A DNA stretch of 64,000 nt from Eledone cirrhosa (taxonomy: Eukaryota). Below, piece after piece: positions 53,571-64,000 of this stretch; the first letter of the stretch is position 1, and every line of letters starts with the position of its first letter. The position numbers were made by a program, and so were the translations under genes. The notes below the pieces were generated by a model. That model was not told the DNA's origin. It searched no databases and saw only the letters and a list, made by a program, of their open reading frames with translations. The stretch spans positions 234,484,001 through 234,548,000 of the forward strand of contig OZ024743.1 of assembly GCA_964016885.1 (NCBI GenBank), written 5' to 3'.

Positions 53571-54183
53571 TAGAAATATATATAATATATAATATATAAT
53601 ATATAGAAATGGTTTCTATAGGATGAGAACTGTTTCATTCGGGATGATGATTTCTGATGATTTCTCCCGAAGGAAACAGTTCTAGTCCTGTAGAAGCCAT
53701 TTCTATATTAAATATATATAATTTGATACTCTGCTGTGTACTGAGCACCTTACTTACAGAGGTTACCCCCAATTGAAACCGGGATAAACATATATATATA
53801 TATAAATATATATATTAAACCACTATATTTGGCATCTGTTTTTGTATTCTTCCTCTCAGAATGCCATATAACATAACAGTTTTAACCTCCCTTCCCTGTC
53901 GCCTTACCAGTTGCTTTGTGACCGATTGTCGAATGGACGGCATCTCTCCTACATATTAATTGTGTCCACTGACTCCATATTCTCTTATTTTTTGTTATGT
54001 TTCTGCTATTCTCCCCTTCACCCGTTCAACGGTCAAACTTCCTTTTCTGACACTGTTTTAGTTTTAATATTCTTAGATTTTTAATTATCACCCTAGCACA
54101 GCTGATACATAAATGATAGCATACATACGTACACACACATATATATACACACACATATATATACACACACATATGTATATATA

Positions 54184-54267
<84 letters not shown>

Positions 54268-54556
54268 TATATATATATAATAATAAGGGTTGACGGACCC
54301 AGCATATTTATCAATGCCAGTACCGGTTGTATCACTGCGCACTCAATGGGCAATGTAAGATACATTACCAGAGTATATACATAGTTATTTGCCTCAACAC
54401 ACACACGTAAAACGGGTGCCTATAAGGTTCCCGGACTCGAGTTTCTGCAGCACTAATGCAGCAGTAAGGTGCACTGCACCATCTGTCTGCATATATTATG
54501 CAACAATGCACAATCGGCTTATGCGGCTTCATCAGCGGGTATCGCCTAATGAATAA

Positions 54557-57001
54557 CCAATCGATCGACATAAGGACACTCAACTTTGTGATATCCTCAG
54601 AGCTGCTGCCAGGAAGACAGCCACTTATGTTTTCATTGCAGGTGACTTCAATCACCCTGAGATTGACTGGGAGACCTTTCGTTGGCCGCCAAGTGCAAAT
54701 GACTTCCTTGAGCTGGTGCTGGACTCGAGTTGGTCCCAGGTGGTCACCTCCCCAACGAGAGGTGACAACACTTTGGACCTACTCTTCACCACTACTCCTG
54801 AAACGGTCATTAGTGTTACTGCTGAGGAACCTTTAGGTGACTCTGATCATGCTATGATCATTGCCAATCTATCCCTCATGGGCAGTAACAAGAACCACAA
54901 CCATCTCCAAACTGCTCACTTTGACTGGAATAGAGCAGACTGGAACTGTTACTGCACCGAGTTGCAACGACCAAACTGGCTTGAGTTCTATGACTCTGGA
55001 GATGTCAACACTGTACTCCAGAACATCCTGAGCTCAATATGGACAGCATGTGCAGCATCGGTGCCACGTAAGCGGAAAAAACATCCTAAAAGCGCAATTT
55101 GGGAGACTGCAGCAGTCCGTCTTGCCAGAAAAGAACGGCGCAATGCTGAACGTGAGTACAAACTTCACAAATCAGACATTAATAGGAAGAGGCGAAATAG
55201 ATCGTCCAACCACCTCAAACAGGTGACAAAAAAGGCAGTGCTTCAATTTGAGCAGCGCATAGCAACCAGCCCTGACAGTAAGGTGTTCTGGAAGTATGTT
55301 CACTCAAAGCAGAGGCCTCACTCTCCAGTTGGTCCTCTTCGCAATCCCCACACAAGCCAGGTTACTGACGACCCCAAGGAATGCGCAGAGCTCATTGCTG
55401 AATGCTATGCAGGCATTTTCACCATTGAAGACCAGAGTGTACCATCTCCACCACCTATGACACCGGACTCTATTACAACCATGGAATTTACACCTGCAAT
55501 GCTGCGACGTCACCTAAAAAATAAACGCAACCATGCCTCTCCTGGTCTTGATGGTGTTACGTACCTGCTTCTTAAACGTGGTGGGTACTTCCTTCTACAC
55601 CAGTTATCACGCTTCTTCCAATTCTGTCTGAACAACAGTGCTACTCCAGAACAGTGGAAAACTGCCAGTGTAATTCCTCTGTTCAAAAAGGGTGACCGCA
55701 CATCACCTGTGAACTATCGTCCAGTCAGTCTTACTAGTTGTATCGCCAAACTGATGGAATCCTGTGTCAGAGAAACACTTTGGAACTTCTGGAGCTCTCA
55801 CAGTCTTATCCGGCCTTCGCAATTTGGATTTATCCCCAACTCCAGCTGCTGTGATCAACTTATAGAGTTTCTTGAGGACATCACCCGGATCACTGATGGC
55901 GGCTCATGGGTGGATGTTGTTTACCTTGACTTTGCGAAGGCCTTCAATTCTGTGCCGCACAAAAGGCTTATGGCAAAACTCTCTGCAATGGGTGTGAAGG
56001 ATGATCTTTTTAACTGGTTGAAGTCCTTCATTCTCGGTCGAAGAGAGGTAGTCACGGTTCTGGGACAGCATTCCTCACCATATGAGATGTCATCTGGTGT
56101 ACCTCAGGGATCTGTTCTTGGCCCCCTTTTGTTTGTGGCATATATTAATGACATAGATGCCAACTTAAGGAATGCCACAGTACTAAAGTACGCAGACGAC
56201 ATCAAGCTGTACCTTGAGATAAAAAGGACAGATCCTGAACACTATAGATCTTGCTTGCAGTCTGACCTGGACACAATGCAACAGTGGATCTCAGACTGGC
56301 AACTCAAGCTAGCTGTGGACAAGTGCACCACCATGCATTTTGGGAGTAAAAACCCAGCGTCCACATATTCCCTCCACAGCACTAATATCAAGAAGTCTTC
56401 CTGTGAACGTGACCTGGGCATTACGGTCAGCAGCGATTTGCGTTGGACGAGGCACGTCTCTAAAATTGTCAAGAGGGCCGAGGGTGTCTTAGCATCACTC
56501 AGCAAGACCTTTGTCAGCCGCTCTCCAGATATCTATTTAAGGCTGTATACAGCTATGGTGCGACCACACTTAGAATTTGCATCGCCAGTCTGGAACCCCT
56601 ATCTTGCTCAGGACATTGACCGCCTGGAAACTGTTCAGAGACGTGCAACCAAGCGAATACCCTCCATCAGGCATCTACCATACTCTGATCGCCTTGCTTC
56701 CCTGGGCATGGATTCATTGAAGCTCCGACGCCTGGCAACTGACTTGGTAAACACCCACAAAATTGTTAACCATGTTGCCAACAACAACCCTGAGTGCCTT
56801 TTCGATTTCCATGTGTCTAACACACGTGGACATGCCCACAAAGTAAGAAAACAGCACAGTTCCCATGACTTTCGGAAACATTTTTTCACGCTCAGAGTTG
56901 CTGAAGCATGGAACAAACTACCTGCATCAGTTGTTAGCTGTCGAGACGCTGCATCCTTTAAGGCCTCCATGCTTCCCGAGATCCGCCAACACTACAGCTA
57001 A
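54557..57001 (+). CDS. CR1 ORF2 (partial APE + RT), uninterrupted frame without native start
   Basis: GDFNHPEIDW, PTRGDNTLDLLFT, LGDSDH, NYRPVSLTS, YLDFAKAF, SGVPQGSVLGPLLF, YADD, ERDLG, VQRRATK, TRGH, WNKLP. Confidence 0.88.
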   Translation, partial: PIDRHKDTQLCDILRAAARKTATYVFIAGDFNHPEIDWETFRWPPSANDFLELVLDSSWSQVVTSPTRGDNTLDLLFTTTPETVISVTAEEPLGDSDHAMIIANLSLMGSNKNHNHLQTAHFDWNRADWNCYCTELQRPNWLEFYDSGDVNTVLQNILSSIWTACAASVPRKRKKHPKSAIWETAAVRLARKERRNAEREYKLHKSDINRKRRNRSSNHLKQVTKKAVLQFEQRIATSPDSKVFWKYVHSKQRPHSPVGPLRNPHTSQVTDDPKECAELIAECYAGIFTIEDQSVPSPPPMTPDSITTMEFTPAMLRRHLKNKRNHASPGLDGVTYLLLKRGGYFLLHQLSRFFQFCLNNSATPEQWKTASVIPLFKKGDRTSPVNYRPVSLTSCIAKLMESCVRETLWNFWSSHSLIRPSQFGFIPNSSCCDQLIEFLEDITRITDGGSWVDVVYLDFAKAFNSVPHKRLMAKLSAMGVKDDLFNWLKSFILGRREVVTVLGQHSSPYEMSSGVPQGSVLGPLLFVAYINDIDANLRNATVLKYADDIKLYLEIKRTDPEHYRSCLQSDLDTMQQWISDWQLKLAVDKCTTMHFGSKNPASTYSLHSTNIKKSSCERDLGITVSSDLRWTRHVSKIVKRAEGVLASLSKTFVSRSPDIYLRLYTAMVRPHLEFASPVWNPYLAQDIDRLETVQRRATKRIPSIRHLPYSDRLASLGMDSLKLRRLATDLVNTHKIVNHVANNNPECLFDFHVSNTRGHAHKVRKQHSSHDFRKHFFTLRVAEAWNKLPASVVSCRDAASFKASMLPEIRQHYS

Positions 57002-57119
57002 CACATACAAACATGTACTTCCCTGGCATTTGTGTATTATTCTATGTACTATATTGACGAGTTGTAGTGCACCTGAGCACTTTACACAATAATTTCATTA
57101 TCATTATCATCATTATCAT
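54557..57119 (+). mobile_element. CR1-clade LINE, 5' truncated inside APE
   Basis: Short 3' UTR and a (CATTAT/CAT)n tail at ~57096-57119. Confidence 0.9.
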
Positions 57120-58079
57120 AATCCAAACACCGGCCCGTGCCGGTCATGACTGTTTGTGACAACCGACACGGTAAAGCGATTAACTGGCAGCCGATAGGAC
57201 TCTATCTCTCAACCAGTCACTGATTTACAAATTTTACGTGGGGACGGGAAGCTAAAAAGAATCAATCTATTAGTTCCTGTCAGAAGCTTTCAGCCAACGT
57301 GTCTCACACACAAATTATCAAGGGGTATATATATATATATGTATCTACGTATGCATACTTACATTCTTACAATTTTTCTCTATTAATTCTAGACCAAAAC
57401 TTCTCTTTCTATCAGTGTGTTCCCACTTGCTTACATATACACGTCCTATTCGAAAGAATCTATTCGTTTCGTTCCCTTTGCTTCTCTTTATAGCAACCGT
57501 CTGTTTATCGCAGACAAGTTCAGTAGGTATCTCGTTTTCTTGACACTGTTTTGTTTCCTTTTGTCGAAAGACATATTCTGTATAGTCATTCTTTGTTTTG
57601 TCTATTCGCTAGTAGTTAGAGCCTTACAAAGTACTGATGCAGCTGTAGCACCGGATCTACTGTTATGCATCTAAACCTGGTGTTACGTAATTAATAATAA
57701 CGTTGTTAGGTAACATACAGTCGGTAGCTGAAGACGCGAGCATTGTTTTTCTGTTTGTCCGAGTCTCTTATGTACTTATGTCTCTGTTGTGTACATTTTA
57801 CTATCTTTTTCTTGATTGAAAATGCAAGCAAATATAATACCAAAAGAGAAAGACAAGGGGGAGAAACGGAGGGAGAAAGAGAGAGAGGGGGGGAGAAAGA
57901 TAGACAGTTATAGAGGAAACGGATTTAGTTAGAAATATGTAGCTAGTAAAAATATATGTATGTATGTATTTAAGTATGATTGTATGTATGTATGTCCCGC
58001 CTAGGACACCTTTGCATTTTATCAGGTCGAGAAATAAAGTAGTAGTAGAGTAAGAGACGAGACGAAACAGTATCTTATA

Positions 58080-58117
<38 letters not shown>

Positions 58118-58599
58118 TATTAATTATTTATCAGGACAGAGTCATGCTAGCTAAGGTTTTAAAGTCTACTTTAGCATGGGTCATATAGACATTATATCTG
58201 CTTGTATTGCTTATCTTTCACACATATATATATATACATATTAATATTCTGCTATCGAATTTTGTTTAGTGCTGTATGGTGTAATGTGTTGTATTTGCTT
58301 CTTGTAAATGCATGGTGATTGTTCGAGAGAATGTTGTAGATGTTTGGGTAATGTACTGTTTGCTCTGATCAGAGCAAACAGCACGGACACTCTATCTCAA
58401 AATTATTTTTGAAAAGCATTTAGAAATGCGCAACCGGTAGAAACTTAAAAACTTAAAACCACAACTGAATACTAACCCATACAATCACTAATACTCTTTT
58501 ATTCCTAATTAAACCATTTTTCAACTGTGAACAATTTGTCAGCATTTTCTATTCCGTTTACCAATATATAATAACTTGTGTGTTACACCTCTATTCTTT

Positions 58600-58695
<96 letters not shown>

Positions 58696-58700
58696 CATAT

Positions 58701-59137
58701 ACGATATATTAACAAATGGAAACTATATTTATAAAACCATATTTATTTCATTATACATATTTCAAGGACACCAAGTTAAATTATGGTGTGCTTTCATCAG
58801 ATAAAATATAATATAGATCAGTTTTATAAATAAATATTGACATACCCTTAAAGAATGCGACCATTTCTGTTGGAAGCTCTCGGATAGTGGGGTTATTAAA
58901 TTTATTTATTCTATTATGCAAATTAGTGTCGGATATGTTTAAATCACAGTAGATTTAAAATAAGCCGTTGGGGTATGGAGAAAGGGAAAGAAAAGAAAGA
59001 GAATATTTTTTTATAAAACTGATCTATATTATATTTTATCTGATGAAAGCACACCATAATTTAACTTGGTGTCCTTGAAATATGTATAATGAAATAAATA
59101 TGGTTTTATAAATATAGTTTCCATTTGTTAATATATC

Positions 59138-59139
<2 letters not shown>
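58701..59139. mobile_element. Head-to-head PLE family E terminal fragments with two hammerheads (58744-58808 minus, 59032-59096 plus)
   Basis: TATTTTAT-CTGATGA-AAGCACACCA...TGGTGTCCTT-GAAA-TATGTA-TA-ATGAAATA; ~130-bp inverted arms between (TA)n tracts. Confidence 0.85.
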
Positions 59140-59232
<93 letters not shown>

Positions 59233-59578
59233 TGTGTGTGTGTTGAAAAGATAACAAGGACGATTGGTTACTCTTTCATTACATTTATTGGTTGGTGACG
59301 CGCGTTTCGCCACTGATCAGCTGAACGTTCGATCAGTATTGATCTTACTCGACTCTACAATCCGCAGCTCGACGGACCCCTTAAAATGCTAGTAGAAAAT
59401 GAATACATGCTATATGATAAAGTCAGAAGTTCATATGTTGGTCAATAAGGATTGTTTTGATTGGTGGAAGAGATCATAGGGATGTTTTCGCCTGTAGTGT
59501 ATGTGGGGGTGGATGTGATGATAAGATGGTGGTGACGGTCGCAGGCTGAGATGGGCTGTGGTGTGGGAGGGGTGCGTA

Positions 59579-61839
59579 TATTCCAGATTTGTTCGGCGAC
59601 CTCTTGGCAGATGTCTACTGCAACTGGCAGCAGAACAGGAACATTCCCAGTTTTGTGAGCCTGGGAGCGGTGGCACTGCTGAAAAAGACCCGAACAAGGA
59701 GGACGTTATAGACAACTTCAGGCCCATAACTCTGCTAAACGTAAAGTTTAAGATTTTGGCCAAGGTGTTAGCAAAGTGATTGACGCTTGTCGTCGGTGAT
59801 CTGGTAGGAGAGGCGCAGACATGCACCATTCCTGACAGATCCATCCACGACAACCTCCATCTCATGCGATACATCATAGAGAGGGTGATTAAGGAATCTG
59901 GCACGTGTGGGGCCCTAATCAACTTGGATCAATCTAAATCATTTGATAGGGTCGACCATCGGTACCTAGCTGCGGTCCTTTAGGCGGCCGGCTTCAGGCC
60001 TGTTTTTAGGAGATGGACCGCTGCGATTGTGAGGGTGAATGGTCACCTGTCTCAGCCTTTCAGCATCATGCCCCCTCTCGTCCCTCTTGTACGTACTGGC
60101 CTTCGAGCCGTTACTGCACAAATTGGAGACGATGAGGGGGGGGGGGGGGGTCCCACGCGAACTGGGATGCGGGAGATCCGTGTCAGCTTACGCCGACGAC
60201 GTCACCGTGGTGGTGTCGAGCACCAAACACATCCAGATGCTCGGCACCGCTCTCAAGGAATACGAAGCGGTGACAGGAGCAAAAGTAAACCAGGAAAAGT
60301 CGGTGGGCTTGCAACTCAGCACCTGGAGAGGCACGTCCATGCTGTCCGACAGCGTCGTGGGACGATGGAGGGAAGAACCGGTTAAATTGCACGGGGTCTG
60401 GTTCGGTCCGGACCGCCAGATGGGTAAAACTGGAGCGAGATAACGAGCAGGGTGGCCTCTCTCACCCAGAAATGGGCCGAGAGGAGGCTGTCTCTGAAAG
60501 GTCGGGCGGAGGTGGCGAATGCGTACATCGCGTCCGTCATCTTCTACCGCCTGACCGTCGTACCTTGCCCCCGCCCAACTCTGACCAAAATGGAGTGCCT
60601 TCTCTTCCGCTTTTTGTGCAAGGGACGTGCTTCCATGGTCATACGATCCATTTGCTGTCAACACCCGTTGCGTGGAGGACTGGGCATGCCATGGCTGATG
60701 ATGCGCAAACATGCGCTGAGGTTGCGACATCTCTGGTGCTTCCTTGGCGGTGAACAGGTGTGGTCGCCGTTCGCCAGGCACGTTTTCCAACAGTTCGTCT
60801 CCTTGACGGAGCTGCAGTCCTGGGTCAGAAAAAGACCGAGAGATAGCGCTTGGAAACTGGAATGTCTCCAGGCGTTCACTGCCTTCTGCCAGCTGGGCAC
60901 CAGTATCGGTGGAACATCCACCTCGGCGTTCTATAGAGGACTAGTGGAGGGGAAGAGCGACGACGTTCTCGGAGAGATCCTGGGCGTCGAAGAAGATCAG
61001 CTGTTTTCTCTCTTCCGGAGAACTTTCAGCCCAGGGTCTATGGATAACTTCCAAAAATCCCTGGCCTGGCAGTGCTACCGGTTCGAAATAAGCTCTACAG
61101 GCACGGAAGTGCCGTCAGCCGAGCTTGTCCGAGATGCGCGCAGAGCGACGAAACCGTTGTGCACGCACTCGTTCAGTGCCCGAGCATTGTTGACTTGTGG
61201 AGCTATGTCGAACAGTTGCTGTCGCGTGTAGGACTGATCCGGTTATCGACTGAGTCCATTGTGCAGATGGTCACGCCGTCTTCCTTCGAGGAGGAAGGGC
61301 AGGCAGTTTTCATCTGCCTGGTGGCCATGGCGAAAGAGATTGTGTGGTGGACAAGGTTGAAAGGGTTAACGACAGACACTTTCCTCTTGGCGAATCCCTA
61401 ATTAACTTTTTCAAGTTTCACTTGAAGAGGAAAATCAGGGTGGAGAAGCAAGTGCTGCCTTCTAGCAAGTTTGTTGAAAGGTGGGTGAATGTAGCGAGAA
61501 TGGTCCGAGTGAACGGGACCGCTCTGAATATACGTCTGTAGTTTGAGAAATGGAAAAAATTGAGAGAGGGCGCTTGCCCTGGTGGTCAGGGTGGCCGTGG
61601 TCTTTTGTGTGGTTTTCGCCACGAGTAACCCTCGGAGGTTTCCCCCCTATTGGGGAATTTTTCATTGTTTCAATTTTCCTTTTTATTGTTTATATATATA
61701 TGTTTCTATGTCTTTTTTTTCTTTTCTTATATAAATAATAAAAATCTTTACACGCACAAAACCCACATCGTACCGTCCTGTGCCGTCTCTAATGTTTTTT
61801 TTTATGTCAGCCCTTGTGGCCAATAAAGAAATCATTATT
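59579..61839 (+). pseudogene. L1-clade (Tx1-like) LINE, 5' truncated, frameshifted
   Basis: NFRPITLLN, KILAKVLA, LDQSKSFDRVDH, AYADDVT, KVNQEKS, LSLKGR, GGLGMP, CPRC...ETVVHALVQC knuckle; 3' end GCCCTTGTGGCCAATAAAGAAATCATTATTA. Confidence 0.88.
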
Positions 61840-61840
61840 A

Positions 61841-62019
61841 TGGATTGGCAGTATCGGTAGAGAGTCGGACACCATGCTTTGACGCATTCTTGCCATTCTG
61901 AGTTCAAATCCCGTCGAGGTTAACTTTGCCTTTCATCCTTACGGGGTCGATAAAATAAAGTACCAGTAATGCACTGGGTAATTGATGGCCTTGTGCCTAA
62001 AGTAGAAACAATTATTATT
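61841..62019 (+). mobile_element. MetaSINE-like copy directly after the Tx1 tail (degenerate partial copy follows at ~62027-62085)
   Basis: Same boxes, Meta domain and tail as the other copies. Confidence 0.88.
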
Positions 62020-62154
62020 CTTATTATGTATCGGTAGAGCGTCGTTCAAAATACTTTGTGGCATAAAGTTACGGCCCTTTACGCACTTAATGTTGAATTG
62101 ATGTTTTATTTTCCCTAGCTTTGGTTGTATGTTTTTGTGTATTATATTTACAAG

Positions 62155-62346
62155 GGCGGTAGATTGGCAGTATCGGTAGAGGGTGAGACGTCATGCTTTG
62201 CAGCATAGAGTTACGCCCCTTTACGGTTCGAGTATAAATCCCGCCATGTTTAACTTTGCCTTTCATCCTTTCGGGGTCGATAAAATAAAGTACCAGTAAT
62301 GCACTGGAGTAATTGCTGGCCTTGTGCCAAAAATAGAAACAATTAT
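62155..62346 (+). mobile_element. MetaSINE-like copy with 15-bp TSD
   Basis: TSD ATTATATTTACAAGG at 62141-62155 and 62342-62356. Confidence 0.9.
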
Positions 62347-62464
62347 ATTTACAAGGTTCCCTTCGCGCGGTTTTCTGCTAGCATATGGAGTGTGCATATT
62401 GGTATTATACACAAATATATATGCATATAGATATATGTAAATTGAAAAGTAAATTGACAATATC

Positions 62465-63100
62465 TTCTTCACCCACTTATTTCTGAGAGGGTCGTGGGGG
62501 CAGAGTCCTTCTCAAACATTCCTTCCAGCAAGTCTGTCAGTGACAAACATCTCTAACTGATCCAACTGGATCCCAAAGCGTGACCAGCCAAGCTCATGGA
62601 TGTTATCCAACTAACTTGCTCAGGGTCTACCTCTGGGTCTCTTGCCGGTTAGTTTTTCCTGTAAAATGTGTCCAGCGATATTTTACTGAGACATTCTAAC
62701 CACATGCTCATAATATCGGAGTTGTGATCTCTCAATTCGGAGAAGTAGCGGCTCTACCAGGAGTGACTCTCTGGTCTCTGATCTATGCACTTTATCGAGT
62801 AACGTTACTTCAAAGACTCTTCGGAGGAATCCCATTTCTGCCACTTTTATTTGCAATTGTATTCTTTTGGTCATTACTCAATATTCATGATCCTCAGTAA
62901 GAGTTGGCAGGAATGCCAGGAAGACAGCGAGTTTGGCTTTTACACCTACCGCCCTTCATCTGATTGCTGAGGCTGGCGCTTTACTGCATCAGCTTTTGCA
63001 ATTCTTGCACTTAATTCAGTCTCCTGCATTCCATCACCCATGAACACGGCTCCAAGATACTTGAACTTCTCTAACTTCCACAGTAGAACTTCATTCACAT
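62465..63100 (-). pseudogene. Decayed RTE LINE 3' end
   Basis: EKFKYLG, AEMGFLRRV, ERSQLRYYEHVVRM. Confidence 0.75.
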
Positions 63101-63369
63101 GTATATAAATTTGAGGGACTTCTGTCCACCCGTCCATCACGCAATGTGTATGTGTGTTTGTGTGAATGTATGTGTGTGTAAAAGGAGGGAAAGGGATACA
63201 CAAATATTTGTCTCTAACTTAAAAACAGTGACACACACACACGTGTCTCTAATTTAAGAACGCCGACAAACTCACGCGCATGCACATACACACACTGTCT
63301 TATTACTACTCAAGAGCTTTGGCCCGGGCAAACATCTCCTCAATTGTGTAACCGTCTGGGTTGTCCATA

Positions 63370-63976
63370 ATTGATGAGAAACTTGACGGTCTTACTCTGT
63401 GCCTTACCTGGGACGTCACAGTTAGTGACTCTTTTGCTTCTTCCCACATCCTGGATGCAGCGGTAAGAGTGAGAGCTACAGCATCCGCAGCCTGAACGGA
63501 ACAAAATCCTAAAATACCGTGTCCTGTCAGCTAAATACATTATCCAGCCTGTGGCGTTCGAGACGTTTGGGGGAGTCGGGCTACTGACAGCGAGGTGTTA
63601 TCTTCACTGGCGGCTCGCCAAACAGAGGTAACTGGTGATGCTCGTGAGGGCACTTGGTTGTTCCAGCACTTCAACCTCGCCATCACCTCAGGTAACGCTG
63701 CGAGCGTGTTGGCCTGCCTCAAAAATTATTAGAGAGGTTTCCCAGTGCTCCTCGCTATATTGCTAACTTTTGCTCTGGTAGCGGCTCGTTTTTCTACCCC
63801 TTTCGTCTGCATTTTGTTCTATGGGGTCTAAGATGTGGGTATTACGTGCTTGTGTATTTTTTCTCTTTCTTTTTTTCCTCCCCTTTCCTTTCTATATATT
63901 ATATTTGTTAGTGTTCTCGTTCTGTAACCATTACATTAAATGAGTTTTTAAAAAAAGAGTTAATAAATAAATAAAA
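63370..63976 (+). pseudogene. CRE-clade 3' fragment (RLE C-terminus + 3' UTR)
   Basis: CLTWDVTVSDSFA, IQPVAFETFG, GDAREGTWLFQHFNLAITSGNAASVLAC; ends near (TAAA)n. Confidence 0.7.
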
Positions 63977-64000
63977 CGTTTACTTGTTTTACCCTCCCAT

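Noticed and set aside
59285-59340. Partial hammerhead GGCGAAACGCGCGTC (minus); weaker ones near 21510-21575, 43345-43380 and 43905
   Set aside because: CTGANGA core or stem I missing or too degenerate to call.

Overview
Eukaryotic, AT-rich, microsatellite-laden repeat DNA, most likely from a coleoid cephalopod (octopod-like MetaSINE and RTE tail; inferred). I found no confident host gene. Layout: 1-15128 is a near-perfect 472-bp satellite (32 units) ending abruptly at an intact RTE LINE with a PHD-like finger. It is followed by a non-coding LTR element with a tRNA-Trp-like PBS, a Helitron-like element enclosing a decayed CRE retrotransposon, about nine tRNA-derived MetaSINEs, a dense cluster of Penelope-like elements (PLEs; mostly Naiad-type, with inverted 5' copies of their own 3' ends), a 5'-truncated CR1, a decayed Tx1/L1 and RTE/CRE remnants. 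At least 12 type-I hammerhead ribozyme motifs can be read in the PLE termini. Most novel signal: three unrelated PLE families share a second, covarying RNA hairpin (ACTC-C..stem..G-TW-GAGT) 53-62 nt downstream of the hammerhead cut site. The direct 3' ends of the insertions stop 4-10 nt before it, so it is a candidate RT-binding or initiation-boundary element. All coordinates and alignments were read by eye; element boundaries are approximate.
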